64,000 nucleotides of DNA from positions 13,209,129 to 13,273,128 of the forward strand of contig CM082576.2 of NCBI GenBank assembly GCA_040954595.2, given 5' to 3'. The stretch's first letter is position 1, and each line of letters begins with the position of its first letter. The position numbers were made by a program, and so were the translations under genes. A model generated the notes under the pieces. It did no database searches. It was not told the DNA's origin and saw nothing but the letters and a program-made list of their open reading frames with translations. Shown piece after piece: positions 50,780-64,000 of this stretch. Origin of the DNA: Balanoglossus misakiensis. Its lineage: Eukaryota > Animalia > Hemichordata.

Positions 50780-53700
50780 TCAATAACTCTCGCGTTTCGC
50801 CAGCCGCAGGTGCATGCCGTCCACAGTTTGCAGCACCAGACCCAGGATTGGCTTGACGGGTTTGGCGTCATCCAGTGAGAATTCGAAGTGGTGCAACAGC
50901 GAGGAGAGCACGATCTTCAGCTCACTCATGGCAAAGTTCTGCCCGATGCAGTTCCTGCAAAATAGCCGTGAAACATAATCTGTAAGAGAGTGGCTCAAGG
51001 GATTTCTGAACCTTGCTAGCTGTGTAGGTCGACTTTTTATTTTATTCGGCAAAATCATATGCAATGATTCGGTTCGAAACATATCCGAAATTTAAAACAC
51101 GTGTATACAAGAAAATTATTTGCCAAGTTCAAATGTGTCATTTTCGGACATCATTGCTGACAATGCCCTTACTTTTGGCACAGAAAATATTGTACACCAT
51201 CAATTTCTTACAGTGATAGCGCAGCGATTGCAGCTCTGTAAAAAGTTGTAAGCTTCGCCAGGCACCTACCTTGGACCAGCAGAGAAGGGCACAAATGCAT
51301 GCGGCGACCTCTTCTGCACATTTTCGGGAAGAAATCTGGAAGGGTCGTACACTTCCGGGTCATCCCACACATGCGGGTTGTGGTGTAAATTGTAGATGTT
51401 CGCGCCAACCTGCATGCCTGAACAGAAATGACTAAATTACCAGAAATGGATTTATTACAATACTACCCACCCGGTTTAAAGGTGACACTGCACATGCTGC
51501 AGTATATATGTGGTCAAGCCTTGAAAATTGAATATTCATGAGTCACGTGATACATTGTATTAGCATATTTAATTTGTAGCTGTCACTTACACGAAACTTT
51601 CGCCTATAGTATATAAAAATATATATATAAAACTGCAAATACTAAAATGCAGTAAAAATGGTATTGAAAATGACAACACAATACCCACAAAGAAGTACTC
51701 ACCCTTGGGGAATTTTCGTCCATCAGGTAATTTTATAGGTTTAGTAAGAATGCGTCCAAGAAAGGGCACGGCTGGTGTGATACGCAGACTTTCTTTGATA
51801 CACATAGTTAGATAAGGGAAATTGTTGAGATCATCCCTGTCAATGTAAAATAAAATAAACGGAAAGTTGACGTAAAACCCGAATTTATACTTATTTTATA
51901 ATTAACAAAAAATGACGATTGTGTACGTGTAGGCCTTAATGATCTCCTTGCAAACCGTGAAACCTTCAGCATTATAGGTTGCAGAATGTTCGCTAACCAT
52001 TCAACGACTGCGCCGCCGCCTTTTGCACTGAAAAACTCGTCTGTTTCCTGGTGACATTTCCTCTGATATTCTGGGTTTGTAGCCAGGTTGTAGAGACACC
52101 ATGATATTCCCGCCGCCGTGGTGTCGTGTCCCTCGAACATGAAGGTGTCCACTTCGTCCTGTATCTCCTGCTCCGTCAGACCTCTGCCTTCTTCGTCCTG
52201 TGGTGTTTGATCAGGGAAATTCCACGCATCACGGTACACCATATACCCATTTTATGAAAGGTAATATATTTGGAGGGCAAATTTTACTTTGGAAATTAAA
52301 ACCCCACAACGGTAGTTTGCTATCCAAAGTTTTCTATTTGAAAAAATGAACATTTTTTGTTTTGCTTTTGTAGCTTAGCTGCGCAACAATATTGAAATAC
52401 ATCTTTAGTGTTTAGCGAAAAAAAAGTATATTACCTATATTGTTTTACGTTTTTGCTTGTTTGTTTGCTTTTCAACATACTGTATATGTAAAATGTAACA
52501 TCAATTCCTTTTCCTTACCCTAACGGACAATAATATATCAAGAAAATCGATGTAGTTCCTTTTCTTGACATGCTCACTGCTCTTCTCCAACTCCAACGAT
52601 GCCTTCCGCTCCTTGATAACATTTCTTGAGTAGTCGTGAAGACAATCGATAGATCGTTTAAATTTCCTTCCGTCTGCCGTCAAGTTGTAATATATCAGAT
52701 CACTGTGGTGGAATACGTTCAAGAATCGTTTGGCGATCAAATCAGAAGCGTCATATACAGCTTTGACGTACGGATTGAACTCCCTATTAAAGACAGAGAA
52801 AAAGTAAACATGTTTCATGTTCGAAAAATAAAACACTACACTGTAATGTTTGTAATTTTTTCGAAAACTCTGCACACGTTTTGGATGTGTTTAATAAATT
52901 TGCCTGCCAGTTTATGCTACCTGTTACAAGTCAAGCTAGAAATCCATCATCATCATGGAGAAGATCCACAAATCCCCGTTATACGAAAACGTAATAATGA
53001 ATTTAGCATATAGTGCCCGAATAATACCATCTCAATTCTGGCTGCCTTATAAATAGGTTTCCACTTTGTGCTAGAGGGTCAAATAACATCATAAGAATTG
53101 CATTCTGGGTAAAAAGTCGACAACTTACTGTAGTTAGAGATACATGTAGAAGAAATAATTTGTTGACTGTATTTCATGACTTCCTTTGGTCAAAAATTTC
53201 TGTCTTTGTAGTTAGCATATTGAACTCATACAACTTTGTTCACATTTTGTTATTTTTTCTGTACCAAAGTTTCATTATGACTGAATACAACTTCAGCTTA
53301 TGAAGTCTCATTTGTCGGTCATCTTGAAATTGTGTCGAATATATGAGATTTTCATCACTCACCTAGGTAGCAAAAACCTATTTAAGGTAGGGAGAATAAT
53401 GTATTGTACTTAATAATTACGTTACTGTCTGACAGTTGTTTTCCGAGCTGAATATGCACTTCATTAATGAATCCAAGGTCATCAATCGGACATGCTGCGA
53501 TATCTCTATGGAACCCTTATCACAGAGGCCGGACCACTTGTTCTGAAATGAGCGATGGATTGGAAGAAATTTGTCACTCAGAAACATAGCGATATAAATA
53601 CACGTCGTGTAGTTCAACACCATCCACAATCCATACACTGTATGTAGAATAGTTACCTATCGTGCTGTATCTTGTCGTTCGTGTGTCGCCGTGAGCGAAT

Positions 53701-55437
53701 ATCAGGCGACTGACTACAACACTCAAGTTTGCTAGGTACTCCTGGATGGACGTGTTACTTATTTATAACACTCTAATTGGAATTCTAGCATTAATATCAT
53801 GTCGCTGTTGTTATGAATTCATTCTTGAAAATAACGATTATTGGGATAGCTCAAAACCAGATGAGTAAGGCAAAATGAGATTAAATGAAAACGCAAACTT
53901 TAAATTCGACACAATATTACAATCTCCAAACTGCCACTTGTAGAACTAAAATTGGCCAATCTTGCCTTAAACAAATCCATTCAAAAAGCAAGGCATCTTT
54001 TTGCAAACTTTCTCCATGAATGAAAGTATGACAAATTTCCATCCTCAATTTTATTTTGTGCACCTACCACAAGTACATTGACACAGTCGTTGAATACGTT
54101 TGCATATGGTTTCAAAATCTCGAAGTGAAATCCCGGTGTTAACAGTTTCCGATTTCTTGTCCATTTTGGTCCATTGCTGATCAGTAGACCGTCGCCGAGC
54201 CAGGGTTTAATGAAGCCGTACGCCCACTCGTCTTTGGGCTCTGTCAAGTAAATTATTGTATGTGTATCAGAATTGTGGTCATGAGTGATTGGACAATGAA
54301 TGGGTCAAGAGCAATTAAGACCATGATTGGGAAATTTGATGATGGTGACGATGACGACGATGATGGTGGCGGTGGTGGTTATTGTCGCCGTCCTTTATGT
54401 TGTTGTGGAATGCATGGGTGTGAACGTGCTCTTCTCCTTGTTTGATATTTTATTGTAGATTGGGATTTATATAGGTGTAGTTTGAGTGGACATTTTGAAG
54501 TTTGAAATTTTGTCTAGAACTTGGAGCCAGTTTAGCGTGTGCAAAATTGAAATCGGCCGCTTTCTTCGGTGTGTCTCCTACCTGCTGTTGATAATACTGC
54601 TTTTATTGTCTCCGGGTGACAGCATTCGAATCCGCCCCTGAATGGTCCATACCAGAACGGGAAACCATATTTATATTTTCTGGTCCACTCAACACCAATT
54701 TTCATGTATGATCTGGCGTCCACCTGTACCGACATGCAAACATGTAAGCGCAAAGTTGCCTTCCATCAATCCATCTATAGCCAAGTTCCAACTTGCCAAA
54801 TCCGATGATTAGTGCCACCTTCATATTATACAGCAGGAAGGCTTGGGGGGTGGGTGGTTGCAAGTTGTGAAATAGGCACAATTACATCTTTGCCCAGTAA
54901 TTTTGCCAGCCCTTTTTTTCTTGGCGGTATATGTCGTCACGATTCCTCTGTTCATAGCCTAGCGATTTCTTGGACACATGAGTTTAGGCTTATAATAGGC
55001 CAGGCTATTTCAACTACTTCACCCAGTTTGGTTGTTTCTTTACATGATACCAGGTTCCGAAACCATGTCAATCATATTAGCAAAGTTGTAGATATGTGTC
55101 TTCACCGTCTGTGGGAGGCCCTAGCAACTGTGTATACATCATTAGTCAGCAGTGATTGGGCGATATAGCCCTTTCGAAATCGACAACTCACCAGATGCAG
55201 GTGGCCGAAGAGCCAATGCTTCGGCTCGCACGGGAACGGCTCAAAGGCTTTAACGAGGCGTTGTCTGACCGCCAATTCCTCAACCAAAACAGAACACAGT
55301 TTCTTGAGCAGTACTGCAGAGATGAACAACAAGGCGCCGACTATGACAAGTGTTTGGTTTGAGGAATAGGTCGAAAACGGGAGTCGACTCAACAGTTCCT
55401 TCGAGGTATTTATCAAATGATTCAATAAGGCAGCCAT
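50780..55437 (-). CDS. Cytochrome P450, CYP4 family (CYP4F/4B-like); 9 exons, ~534 aa
   Basis: Exons 55192-55437, 54582-54723, 54068-54240, 53421-53542, 52519-52783, 51998-52197, 51703-51836, 51270-51417, 50780-50954. Motifs: [29 protein letters not shown]-helix [14 protein letters not shown]-helix KESLR, heme motif [17 protein letters not shown]. Confidence 0.96.
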
Positions 55438-55850
55438 CCTTCAACTGGCCCTGGACTTTTGAATCATCAACCTTTGAACCGACAGTTAGTTCGTGGACCT
55501 GTCTACAAATAGCCGCATCTGTGTGTATGTGGTATGGTCTATATGCACTACTCAACTTTACGACGGGATAGGCGGATAGTGCACGATGTTCCTTGCGATC
55601 ATTGGTTGATTGAGGGACTATGCGAGTTGTCACATCAAATAGAGCCTACTATTGACACTGATTGCATTATAAATTGGTATTGAAGTGACAAACTCCATGC
55701 TCATGCTTGTTGTTTTTCTTTTCGTGTGTGTCTTACGGAAATGTAATGCGCAAATAAGGTGCGTTGCGCATCTCACATGAGTACATCCACGTCTTATTTC
55801 ATACTCTTCAAAAACAGTTATCGAGAAATGTCATCATGTCACCAGAAACC

Positions 55851-55947
55851 CAGCCCTGTGGCTGCGTACAGGTGTGTGTGCTCCCGGTGTTACGCGCCCT
55901 CCACGCGCGTAACACCGGTAGCACACACAGACCTGTACGCAGGGCTA
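55851..55947. mobile_element. Degenerate hairpin relative of the 38600-39153 element, upstream of the CYP4 gene
   Basis: ctgcgtacaggtgtgtgtgctcccggtgttacgcg...cgcgtaacaccggtagcacacacagacctgtacgcagggcta matches the TIR tip. Confidence 0.65.
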
Positions 55948-57523
55948 CCACCATAAACCACGCCACGCCTGTCTCTCTCGTTAGCTGTTAGATGCAGTTC
56001 ATTCTATACCTGGAGCTACTGTCCCGGGCTAACTAAGATAAACGTGCCGCAGCTAAAATTACAAGTAGGTACATGCACACGTAGACGTAGTACACTGTAC
56101 ATGTATGAACTGGTATGCCATTATGGTATATGTCTATAAAGTTGACATTGTACAAGCGCCCTCATCTATTTTCCTTGTTGCCGGGCATTGACCCGCTTCA
56201 ACATTCAAAACCATTCACCATCCATTACTGCAACCGGAATCATTACCGGAGTACAAATTGCTCGACATCGTTGCAATTTCCTGCACACAATCACGGTGGA
56301 GATAGAGGTAAATACCATTTACACAAGCCTTTCTAACGTAAATAATGTGTAACACTTGCGGTATTAGACAGTTATGCTTTCAATTCTCAGTGATCGTGAA
56401 TCGCATATGTCAACATCATTGAACGCCAAGGACAAATCCTGGGACAAATATGTTCATCATTGATCGTCTCCTACGATACAGACGGGCGACCATCGCTGCA
56501 ATGTTTGAGTCACAACCATATGGCACGCACGTATGCGACTCCAACACCATGACCGCTTAACGTACGCCGCTCCCGTGGCCCACAATCGTCATTTGTTGTA
56601 TGTGGGGTGTGTGTGTTTTTTTTGGGGGGGGGGGGGGGCACGCCCATTCAAAACAAACAATACAGGCATACACAGTACAGCTCTGCGATTCTGACTGCAA
56701 AATAAGCCAACGTGCGCCCATAGACTCAGGGCTATTCTAGCCTGCAGTCTGAATATTTCTTGTTCAAACTGATTACTCTTTTTATCTCTTAAGTCATTGT
56801 TTTCTTCAATGCATTTTGACTAATTCCATTGTACTCACAAACTACTATTCTAGCATTTCAAACGAACGGTGACATTTCACCCTCACTTTTCATGATGGTT
56901 CTCCCTTGAGAAATTCACTACTGCAAAACATATTCATGGAGAGACAAAACTATGCGAATGCCAAATAATACTGGGTGATCAAATCTATTTTGTAGGATCT
57001 AAATGACTTATTTTATTAAAGAAAAAGAAATACTACGTGTAGTGGGTTTGCTGACAATTCTCAATGTAATCCCGTGGAAAGAGAGCAATACCATGCACTC
57101 TTGGTGTATGTACACCCTAATTTTAGTTACTTCTAAATTCAAACCATGCAAAAAAAAGATCTGCTAATGGGTTTATTGAACAGCAGTGAAGAGAATGCAT
57201 TTTACTATTTTTGCATGTACTGTGTTTTAAACCATTGTAAACATAACTTTTCTAAAAAAAATCTGTTTTCTATAATCGGGGCCCCAAGGTCTGTGGGTCA
57301 GTAAGTCCCTATTGGTATAATATGGCTTGAATTCTTCTTCCTATTCATACGAATTATTTGTCACTCAAAAACTGCTATACTTACACATATCATAACCTAG
57401 ATTCACGTACCTGTGTAACTCTATAGGAAAAGGCGCCCTAATACAACCTGGCAGTTCCACAACCAAAGACAAAGACCAACTTTTTCTTTCTTTGTTCCAG
57501 CCTTCGCTAGTGACATAAACGAA

Positions 57524-58204
57524 ATGGCAGAAAACACGACAGCATCATCAGATAGTATCGTTATACGAGAGATGACACAGGCCGATGTCGAAGAGGCAAC
57601 GGAGATCATCAGCTCCGCCTTCACCCAGCGTGAACCCTTAACAGCCTGTCTCGCCATCCCACCGCATTTAGACCGTGTCGAGTCCGGTTACGTCTGCACC
57701 GTTGCGGCCAAAGATGGTTTATCGGTGGTTGCCGTGGATACGAACACCAATAAAATCGTAGGCGTTGCTACATCGCGTGTTCACGACGGCAGCGGAGACC
57801 AAGACGACACGAGCGACATAGACGAGGTTCTGAAACACTACAAACCGATCTACGCTCTTTTTGATACAGCCGCCAAAGTATTTGCTGACTACCCAGATTA
57901 CAAAAACAATCCAGAGTCCAAGGTTACCATGGCAATGAAGTTAGGCGTGCATGGTAGCTATACGGGAAGGGGACTCGGCACGAAACTCAGACAAGCCACG
58001 ACGGATCTGGCCGAGAGAAAGGGATTTGATTTCGTCGTCGCTATAGCAACCAACAAAGGAAGCCAACGCCTGTATGAAAAGTTGAATTACACAGAATTGT
58101 CTGAGGTTAAGTACGGCGAATTTGAATACGACGGGCAACACCCATTTGCAGGCATTACGGCGTGTACATCAGCAAAGCTTCTTATGAAGAAATTGTCCCC
58201 ATGA
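57524..58204 (+). CDS. GNAT-family N-acetyltransferase, arylalkylamine/dopamine N-acetyltransferase-like; single coding exon, 226 aa
   Basis: F..REPL motif, LSVVAVD..KIVGV strand, acetyl-CoA loop LGVHGSYTGRGLG, and ATNKGSQRLYEKLNY. A splice acceptor at ~57500 lies in the 5' UTR. Confidence 0.85.
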   Translation: MAENTTASSDSIVIREMTQADVEEATEIISSAFTQREPLTACLAIPPHLDRVESGYVCTVAAKDGLSVVAVDTNTNKIVGVATSRVHDGSGDQDDTSDIDEVLKHYKPIYALFDTAAKVFADYPDYKNNPESKVTMAMKLGVHGSYTGRGLGTKLRQATTDLAERKGFDFVVAIATNKGSQRLYEKLNYTELSEVKYGEFEYDGQHPFAGITACTSAKLLMKKLSP

Positions 58205-59040
58205 GAAATTTTGAACTTGAAAGGAGAATGGTACGAACTAGAATGGGTCGTGGGATATCTTCAGTACTAAGTACTGTGTTAAAGTAGAAAGACTAGTATG
58301 AAATCAGAAAGACGCATACACTAAGATGTATGGAGATAATCATCAATTTATAACTTACCAAATCTCCAGTAAATGTCTGTTACAAACAATTGTAATTGAT
58401 CAAAGACATTCAATAAAATTGCATCATGGGAATTAAATCATGTGAAGTTGAAAAACAGGCATAGTACAGAGAATCATGGACTGTTCATCATAAAATTGAC
58501 ACTTGTGAAATATAATCCTTTTTTCGGAGCTTGCAGCATCTTTTCATTATGCATAATTTTGCTAAATTCATTGAATACACTATAGAAGTGTTCCAATTAG
58601 CAAATCTGACTAGCACCTGGTCCAGACTGAAATAATCCTCGCTAGCAAAGAGATTAACAGCATGCAAAACCTTACAGTGTTTTGCAATCTCTGATCTATC
58701 AAAGTTCAATATGGTGGATTTGATCAACAGAGTTCCATTTCTACTGTTCACGCTTTTTGTAGGGTTTTGAAATATATCTTTGTACAAGGCAATTTAAGGT
58801 AGATTTTTGCATTAAATAAACATCCTTTCATGCAGTTGTTTTATAACGGCTTTTGGAATTTGAACGAAGTCTAGTCTGGTTTACAAGTATTTCGCATTTG
58901 TTTGCTTGTTTACGGTGCAGGCTGCTATATCATCAACATTAAAGTGATCTTGACACACAACAAACTGATGCCTGACCACTCCCTTCTCAAAGTCCTAGTA
59001 ACTCCAACTGTTGTCATCATTTTTAGTCTCCCACATCCTC

Positions 59041-62000
59041 TCATTCACCATCTCCAATCATGTCTAACAACTTGTTCACAGTTTTCTTCAACTTCGACAC
59101 CGGTTTCTTCTGCTTCTTGGCGTTTTCCAAAACGTGCAAGGTTTTGTTGCCGGCCTCGAGGAACTCCCCGCTATGACAGTGCACCAAATGCGAGTTACTG
59201 CCGGTGGTGATGATCTCCATGGTTGCGGAGAACAGGGTTTCCATGTCGCCTGCCAGGTCCACCTTTCTTTCCAACTTCTCAATTACATCTGCATTCGACG
59301 GCTTTCGTTTTGTGTCTTTGGCTTCAGCGTCCTTTGGTTTTCCTTTCTCTTCCTTTTCCGCAGTCATTTTATCAGGTGCATTCGACTTCCTGACTGTCTT
59401 TTTCTCTGTCAACTCAGATATTGTTCTGTCCTTTTTCTCAACTTTCACATCGCCAGTACGTTCAGTCGATCTTTCTGACTTGCTGCTGTCGCGATCCTCA
59501 GCCCCCTCCGATTCGTACACAGAACTAAACACATACTTCTTCAACTTCTTGACAAACTTGATGGCCTTAGTTCTCGTGTTTTTCACTTCGTGTTTTGGAG
59601 TCATCGCTGCCTCTTGCGACTTCAGAGTCTGAGTCAGCTGGTCCCTCTCCTTCTGCAAACTTTCAGTCAGCTCCATTTTCTGGCATATGCCTCTGATATC
59701 CGTTTCCACGATGCTTCGCAGTTCCTCCGTCGTCTGGCACCGCCTCGACATTCTCAGAATTTTCTTAAATTCGGCAGCTTTGACTTTTGGGCCGCCGCCT
59801 TTCCGTCTCGGTTTCCCGCTGTCGTGCCTGGCTTTCTTGGTGCTTGGGAGGGAAAACCCAGACGGCGCCTCTTTCCTTTTCCTGGCCGTTTTTAATTCCT
59901 GGGCAGAAATCGGTTCTGGAAGACCAAAAAGAAATATCAACCAGAATGTTAATAACACGAAAAATATCTTGGGTAACGACAGACACTGAAATGACAAAAT
60001 TAAATAGTTATTAAACATATTTGCCTGTATCGAAACCAGTAGAAAACATCTGCTGTTACGTGTCTTGCAATCATACCCAATAGATGAACATGTGCCAACG
60101 TACCTCCTATGTCCATCAGAGAACCACAGCCTGCACCTACAGAATTTCCAGCAGTTTGTGCACCGCTGTCGGGTCCATTGGATTTTGAAGACACAAGGTC
60201 ATCAGGTGCAGAAAACAGTTTGTCCAGGTAGCACGGTGACTTGTCTTCTTTGTTTAATGACAGTCCACATGAACGACTTTCAAGAATACAAACAGCATAC
60301 ACAGGATTAGAATGTAGGATTATTGGTACAAAGCAAAGAGAGACAAAATTTATGATGATTTCAAGTCTTCTCTGAGTTTAGGAAGTATCCATGATTCTGT
60401 GTTTCTGACCACATAGTGTGTAATGGGACTTATGTAAACTCTATTTAACCCTTTCACGACCATGTTTTGGTCCATCTCCATTGTTTTCAATAGCCATTTT
60501 GGACCTTGATACAAGCAAATGGGGGTGAAAGGGTTAAACACCAACAGTAGTAACCTTGACATTAGACAGACACATGCATGCTCTAAGACTATTAACTTAT
60601 ACAAACTAACACACTGATTCTAACATTTCACACATGAGAATTTTTATTATTTGACATACCGGTTTATCTTTGGCTGAGGATTATGTTCAGGTCCCAGCCA
60701 CTCCATGAGATTGTCTGGTAAGTGTTCATCAGTCGGTAGCTAAAGAGTGCCATAAATACAAATTTTAAAATTGATGTGTGAGAGAGACAGAGATGATGAC
60801 TACAGGTATACTGTGAGTTTATTACCATGACTTTATGCAGAATTATGAAAAGGAATGTTTTGTTATTCCTTCTCATGTCCGGCATACATTTTGTATTTCC
60901 CCCGTGTACATGGAGATTTAACTCACCCATTCAACTGCATTGCTGCGAAGCTTTTTTCTCCATGGCAACGATTGGCTGTACCAAGAACAAACTTCAACCA
61001 GTAATGCTTTCAGTAGTAACCTATAGAAACAACCAAAAAGATTTATTAAATAAATATTTATGAAACTTATTGCAGTTACATTTTGCCTGGTCACGTTACT
61101 TTATTCTGATCTGGATATGAAGGGGGAATATGATGACTAATGGTTCATGTTGAAGATTTGTTACTTACCACACTCTACTGATAATGGCTGCAAACATCAG
61201 GTTATAACCCATGAAATCTCCAGAAGAAAGTTCTTGTCGCAAACAACTTTCTGTGTCAAGGAAAAAATAACTGATACTGTGCTCATGTACATGAAATCAA
61301 ATTATTTCTGTTCATAAGTTTGGTGTTGACCTCGTTACACCACGAGGGGCACTGCTGACATCGTGCATTTTGCAACCTGGCATAATACACTATTCCTGTG
61401 TATAAACTTTGAAGGATGACTATCTTGCTTGGTAGAGCTTTATACAGCCAGCATAATAAACTGTAAAACGGAAAGTTTTCGCGAAAGATAATTCTTTTTT
61501 CGCAAACTATGGTATGCGAGAGCCAAAAAACGCAAAAATAAAAAAGTCGCATAAAAATGTTTTTCAGAGATAACGATGCAGTGAAATACGAGAACGCGAA
61601 AATTAATAGTCGCATAACAGTTGCCTCTTTTGATATCGTGAAAATTTCCTGTTTAACAGTACTTTCACCCACCCATTTCATACTCTATTAATTAAAGGAT
61701 ACTCAAAGGTGATGACTGATTGTTTTATCAAATACGCACACAGCTGACTGAATGCCATCAACTTGACCAGAATGTATTCTATCATCTGTTTACTTGGCAG
61801 TTGGATTTGGTTACTTAGTACATCTTTCCTGTGTGGGGAGGGGGAAACAAAATGGGAAAGTTATTAACACAAGACAGAGGTGTACAATCTGTTGAAATAA
61901 AAGGACAAGAAACACTGGACGTAGAACAAGGGTAAACTGTCTCCTTGTACGGTATTATGAGATTTTCTTTGAAAACGGTGTATATTAACCATTCATAAAG

Positions 62001-63289
62001 TGAAGTGCAATCTTCTTGAGAAACAAATCAAGCGATGTGTGCGAGAAAAACTATACTGTATACAAACATGCTAAAAAGAATATGTTCTTGAGCTTTGTGT
62101 TTTTTCTTGAATTATACATGTGCTCAATTCCAAACTTACATTTTAGCTAGGTGTACTTACTTTTCAATGCATTTCATAATTTCTGTAATCTCTCTCTGTA
62201 AGCAAAACTTTTTGATTCTTCTCAAACTGTGTTCAAACTGAAACGAAAAAATGATACATTATTAGTATGAGGCGATCACAAAATATATGACAAGTTGCAC
62301 ACAAACACTGTATTGACCAACGTGTAAAGGACATGATGCATGGCATGTCAGAGTACAGACTTCACTGTATATTCATAATAACCTTATTATACAGCTGATA
62401 TCTTTATTGTGGTTTCTGTGCACAAAGTTATCATGCTGATTTCAGAGGCCAGTATGCTCTAGGCCGACTAGATGTTTCTTACCCAAATACTTGATTATCA
62501 CACTCTGTAATTGATTATTCAAGGGTATGCCAATTACATCATCTCTATGTCCCAAACCTTCCATAATATCTAATTTCAAAGTTCAACATGCAAGGCTAGA
62601 GATGCCTGACATCACAAGGAGCTTCAGACTCACCCTTTTTAAGTACTGCATTGATTTCTTGTGGCGCCACTGATTGTTGAGTTTATACACCATACGTGTA
62701 TATGTGAAATGCTCCGCCTCTAGCCCCCCACTGTTCAAATACTGAACTGCAGACTGTAGCTGCTTCGTCCACTTGTCAGGCTCACCTGTTGAGAAGATAT
62801 ATTCAGGACATAGGAAATAACTCTGGTACGGCTGTGATATGGACCATATTAAATTTTTTCAGTGTTATGCTTATCCATAGACCTAGAGCGAATGATTTGT
62901 CCAGGTAGAACATGGCATTTCTGCGTGGCGTGACTGCAGGGGCTGTGTGTTGTTAAACGGCTGGTAGTGCCCCCCCCCCCCCCCCTCACCACAGGCTGTG
63001 GTGGAGGCCGTGTAACGCCGGGAACACACAGACCTGTACGCAGAGCTAACATGTGGGCTACCACAACAACGTTTGTAGGCCTACATTGCCTATGGCAATA
63101 ATATCGAGTCGGAAATCATTGCAGAGGTCACGTAAATGCAATCGACAACCTCAAAACATACTGCTAATGAGTTAAGATGGATGTCGAATACGTTGTCGAG
63201 TACAAACCTTGGCTGAAATCTGCTCCCCGGTGTCCGAAAGTGATCGTGACTGGGCGACCAAGCTCTTCCAGCTTCGTCCACGCCGCCAT
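59041..63289 (-). CDS. NEPRO: Nucleolus and neural progenitor protein (C3orf17/DUF4477 family); 9 exons, ~578 aa
   Basis: Exons 63208-63289, 62634-62785, 62161-62237, 61703-61828, 61169-61246, 60927-61020, 60660-60739, 60104-60276, 59041-59915 are all phase-consistent. The N-terminal domain reads YKLNNQWRHKKSMQYLKRFEHSLRRI..LPSKQMIEYILVKL..FMGYNLMFAAIISRVW..LPDNLMEWLG, followed by DIGEPI and a Lys-rich tail. Confidence 0.8.
60449..60533. mobile_element. TTAA-flanked piggyBac-like MITE (inverted copy of 6940-7026)
   Basis: TTAA|CCCTTTCAC...GTGAAAGGG|TTAA; the interior is the reverse-complement relative of the STIP1 copy. Confidence 0.7.
61247..61702 (-). other. U12-type GT-AG intron in NEPRO
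   Basis: Minus-strand 5' site GTATCCTTT and branch site TTCCTTGAC followed by acagaaAG. Only the distal AG keeps the frame. Confidence 0.85.
61461..61659. mobile_element. CTGT...ACAG MITE-like element inside the NEPRO U12 intron
   Basis: Imperfect TIRs ctgtaaaacggaaagttttcgcg / cgtgaaaatttcctgtttaacag, followed by TA, with internal cgcaaaa/cgcgaaa repeats. Confidence 0.55.
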
Positions 63290-63536
63290 TTTCCCCAACC
63301 CAGTGAATAGTGCGCCGCCACCGGCGAGAAGATAAAACCGTTCATGAACGTCAACTTTTTGGGAGCTCTCTCTCTCATTTTATTTTCAAAACAAAAAAAT
63401 ATCCCCGCAAGACTTCTCCGTGGTGTGTTGTCTGGGATATTACATGTATTTGGAAAACGTAACGTGAATGTGCAAGTGCAGTTTGACTGCAGTAGAGGCG
63501 TATAGCCAATCCATCACTTGAAGCACGAGTTTCACT

Positions 63537-63725
63537 TTACGACGTCGACGTCATTTGATGGTTTGCAAAATGCACAATCAGCATGAATATAAACCAATGT
63601 GTTAGCTTGGTATCTCCTGCTGAACTGACAGCGCGGTCTATCATATCGCTGACATTGTCCAGTGAACCATTGTTCGGGGCGGGCTTTATTCCCAGGATCT
63701 CACACATCAGTGGATATATGTCTAC
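63537..63725 (-). CDS. Last exon of an ectonucleotide pyrophosphatase/phosphodiesterase (ENPP4/5/6/7-like); the rest of the gene lies beyond the window
   Basis: Acceptor ...ccctgaacag|GTAGAC, then VDIYPLMCEILGIKPAPNNGS (the ENPP C-terminal motif) and a hydrophobic tail (GPI/TM-like). Confidence 0.8.
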   Translation of the reverse strand, partial: VDIYPLMCEILGIKPAPNNGSLDNVSDMIDRAVSSAGDTKLTHWFIFMLIVHFANHQMTSTS

Positions 63726-64000
63726 CTGTTCAGGGAAAGAATCAGGGAAAAATATAAACAATCATTTTGGCAATTCTGGTTCTACCTTATCAAGCAACAT
63801 CATTTAATACAGCAAGGAAGCGCTAGCCGATTGTGGGTATAATCTTCGGATGAAAACACACCTACGAATATCGATGGATTGCGCTTGCGTGGATGCAGCA
63901 AAATGGGTAATCGGTCGTTTGTTGGAATTTTAGTTTGAATTATGGCCCCTACTGCCCGAATGAAAGGCGGGTTTCGCATACTAAGCTGAGGCTTAGCGCT

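Noticed and set aside
59916-60018. Hydrophobic signal/TM-like N-terminus of the 325-aa ORF
   Set aside because: It is intronic sequence upstream of the acceptor at 59915; the real frame comes from spliced NEPRO exons.

Overview
Intron-rich eukaryotic (metazoan, probably invertebrate; taxon is inference only) genomic DNA. I spliced the gene models by eye using GT-AG sites and checked reading-frame phase across every intron. In order: STIP1/Hop (-, 13 exons); a divergently transcribed RING-coiled-coil-COS TRIM-like gene lacking B-boxes (+); an unusual ~904-aa transcription-factor gene joining an RFX-like winged helix, C2H2 fingers and an Ikaros/Hunchback-type C-terminal finger pair, with a U12-type intron (+); BCKDHA (+, 9 exons); a head-to-tail triplication (30.5-50.5 kb) whose units each carry a C2H2 zinc-finger array gene (16, 22 and 15 fingers) with shuffled DNA-contact residues and copy-specific transposon insertions; a CYP4-family P450 (-, 9 exons); a GNAT/AANAT-like acetyltransferase (+); NEPRO (-, 9 exons, second U12 intron); and the last exon of an ENPP-family gene (-). 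Several non-autonomous DNA transposons have exact target-site duplications: TAG...CTA elements with 9-bp TSDs, a CAGGG element with a 5-bp TSD, and TTAA elements. No rRNA, tRNA or CRISPR was seen. No database searches were run, so family assignments rest on motif recognition.
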